A stretch of DNA of 63,888 bases, counting the filler, from Dirinaria sp. TL-2023a (Eukaryota): NCBI GenBank assembly GCA_051941275.1. It is 4 parts of 4 records of this genome, joined end to end, with 100 filler letters (N's around TTAATTAATTAA, not from the genome) between each part and the next. Parts side by side here need not be neighbours in the genome. Positions count along the whole stretch, not along the records: positions 48,005 to 63,888 come from JAVEBF010000519.1; 3 more parts are not named here. The stretch is one strand, 5' to 3'. Shown here piece after piece: positions 63,690-63,888 of this stretch (position 1 is the stretch's first letter; each line of letters begins with the position of its first letter). A program made the translations under genes and the position numbers. The notes beneath the pieces are model-generated. The model was not told where the DNA came from and ran no database searches. It was given only the letters and a program-made list of their open reading frames with translations.

Positions 63690-63888
63690 TGGAGTATATG
63701 CCTTTCGTTATGTCCATAGTATCCTCATGATATACTCACAAGTTTCGCAGTTTCCGGGGGTTTTATAACCCGGTTAGGGTTTTCATATCAGCGAAAAGAA
63801 TGAGAAAAGATTCATTAGATACTTGGACTACTGTTTAGATTAAAAAAAAAAGGCCATAAAACCTGCGTATGCATGCGGAGAGAGAGTG

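Noticed and set aside
63766..63780. Telomere-like TTAGGG near the window end
   Set aside because: Single copy, not a tandem array.

Overview
Eukaryotic DNA from a filamentous ascomycete (Pezizomycotina; short GT-AG introns with CTRAY branch points). The window is not one locus. It is four ~15.9 kb contigs (15911, 15898, 15895, 15884 bp, in descending length) joined by artificial 100-nt N44-TTAATTAATTAA-N44 linkers. I built about 30 gene models by hand, most of them spliced and most housekeeping: PEX14/17, IES2, an NDH-2, DAHP synthase, CYT1, UBA4, SLX9, SFH1, RPN13, RPL6, alkaline ceramidase, SNU66, MNN11, mitochondrial AAT, YPD1, a 2H-phosphoesterase, EAF3 and a beta-carbonic anhydrase. There are also accessory or orphan genes and a decayed zone at ~41-47.9 kb. 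The most interesting signals are at the RNA-processing level. (1) An otherwise intact O-methyltransferase whose only visible defects are two TAG codons at expected Trp positions around the catalytic His (RIP versus restorative A-to-I editing). (2) A 627-nt, stop-free, in-frame intron (exitron-like) in EAF3. (3) A carbonic anhydrase with a mitochondrial-presequence-like exon hidden inside intron 1. (4) An NDH-2 with no presequence that ends in PTS1-like AKM. (5) A dense HMG-box motif cluster between two divergent orphan genes. (6) Two related tRNA-like elements. All family assignments come from motif recognition; no database searches were run.
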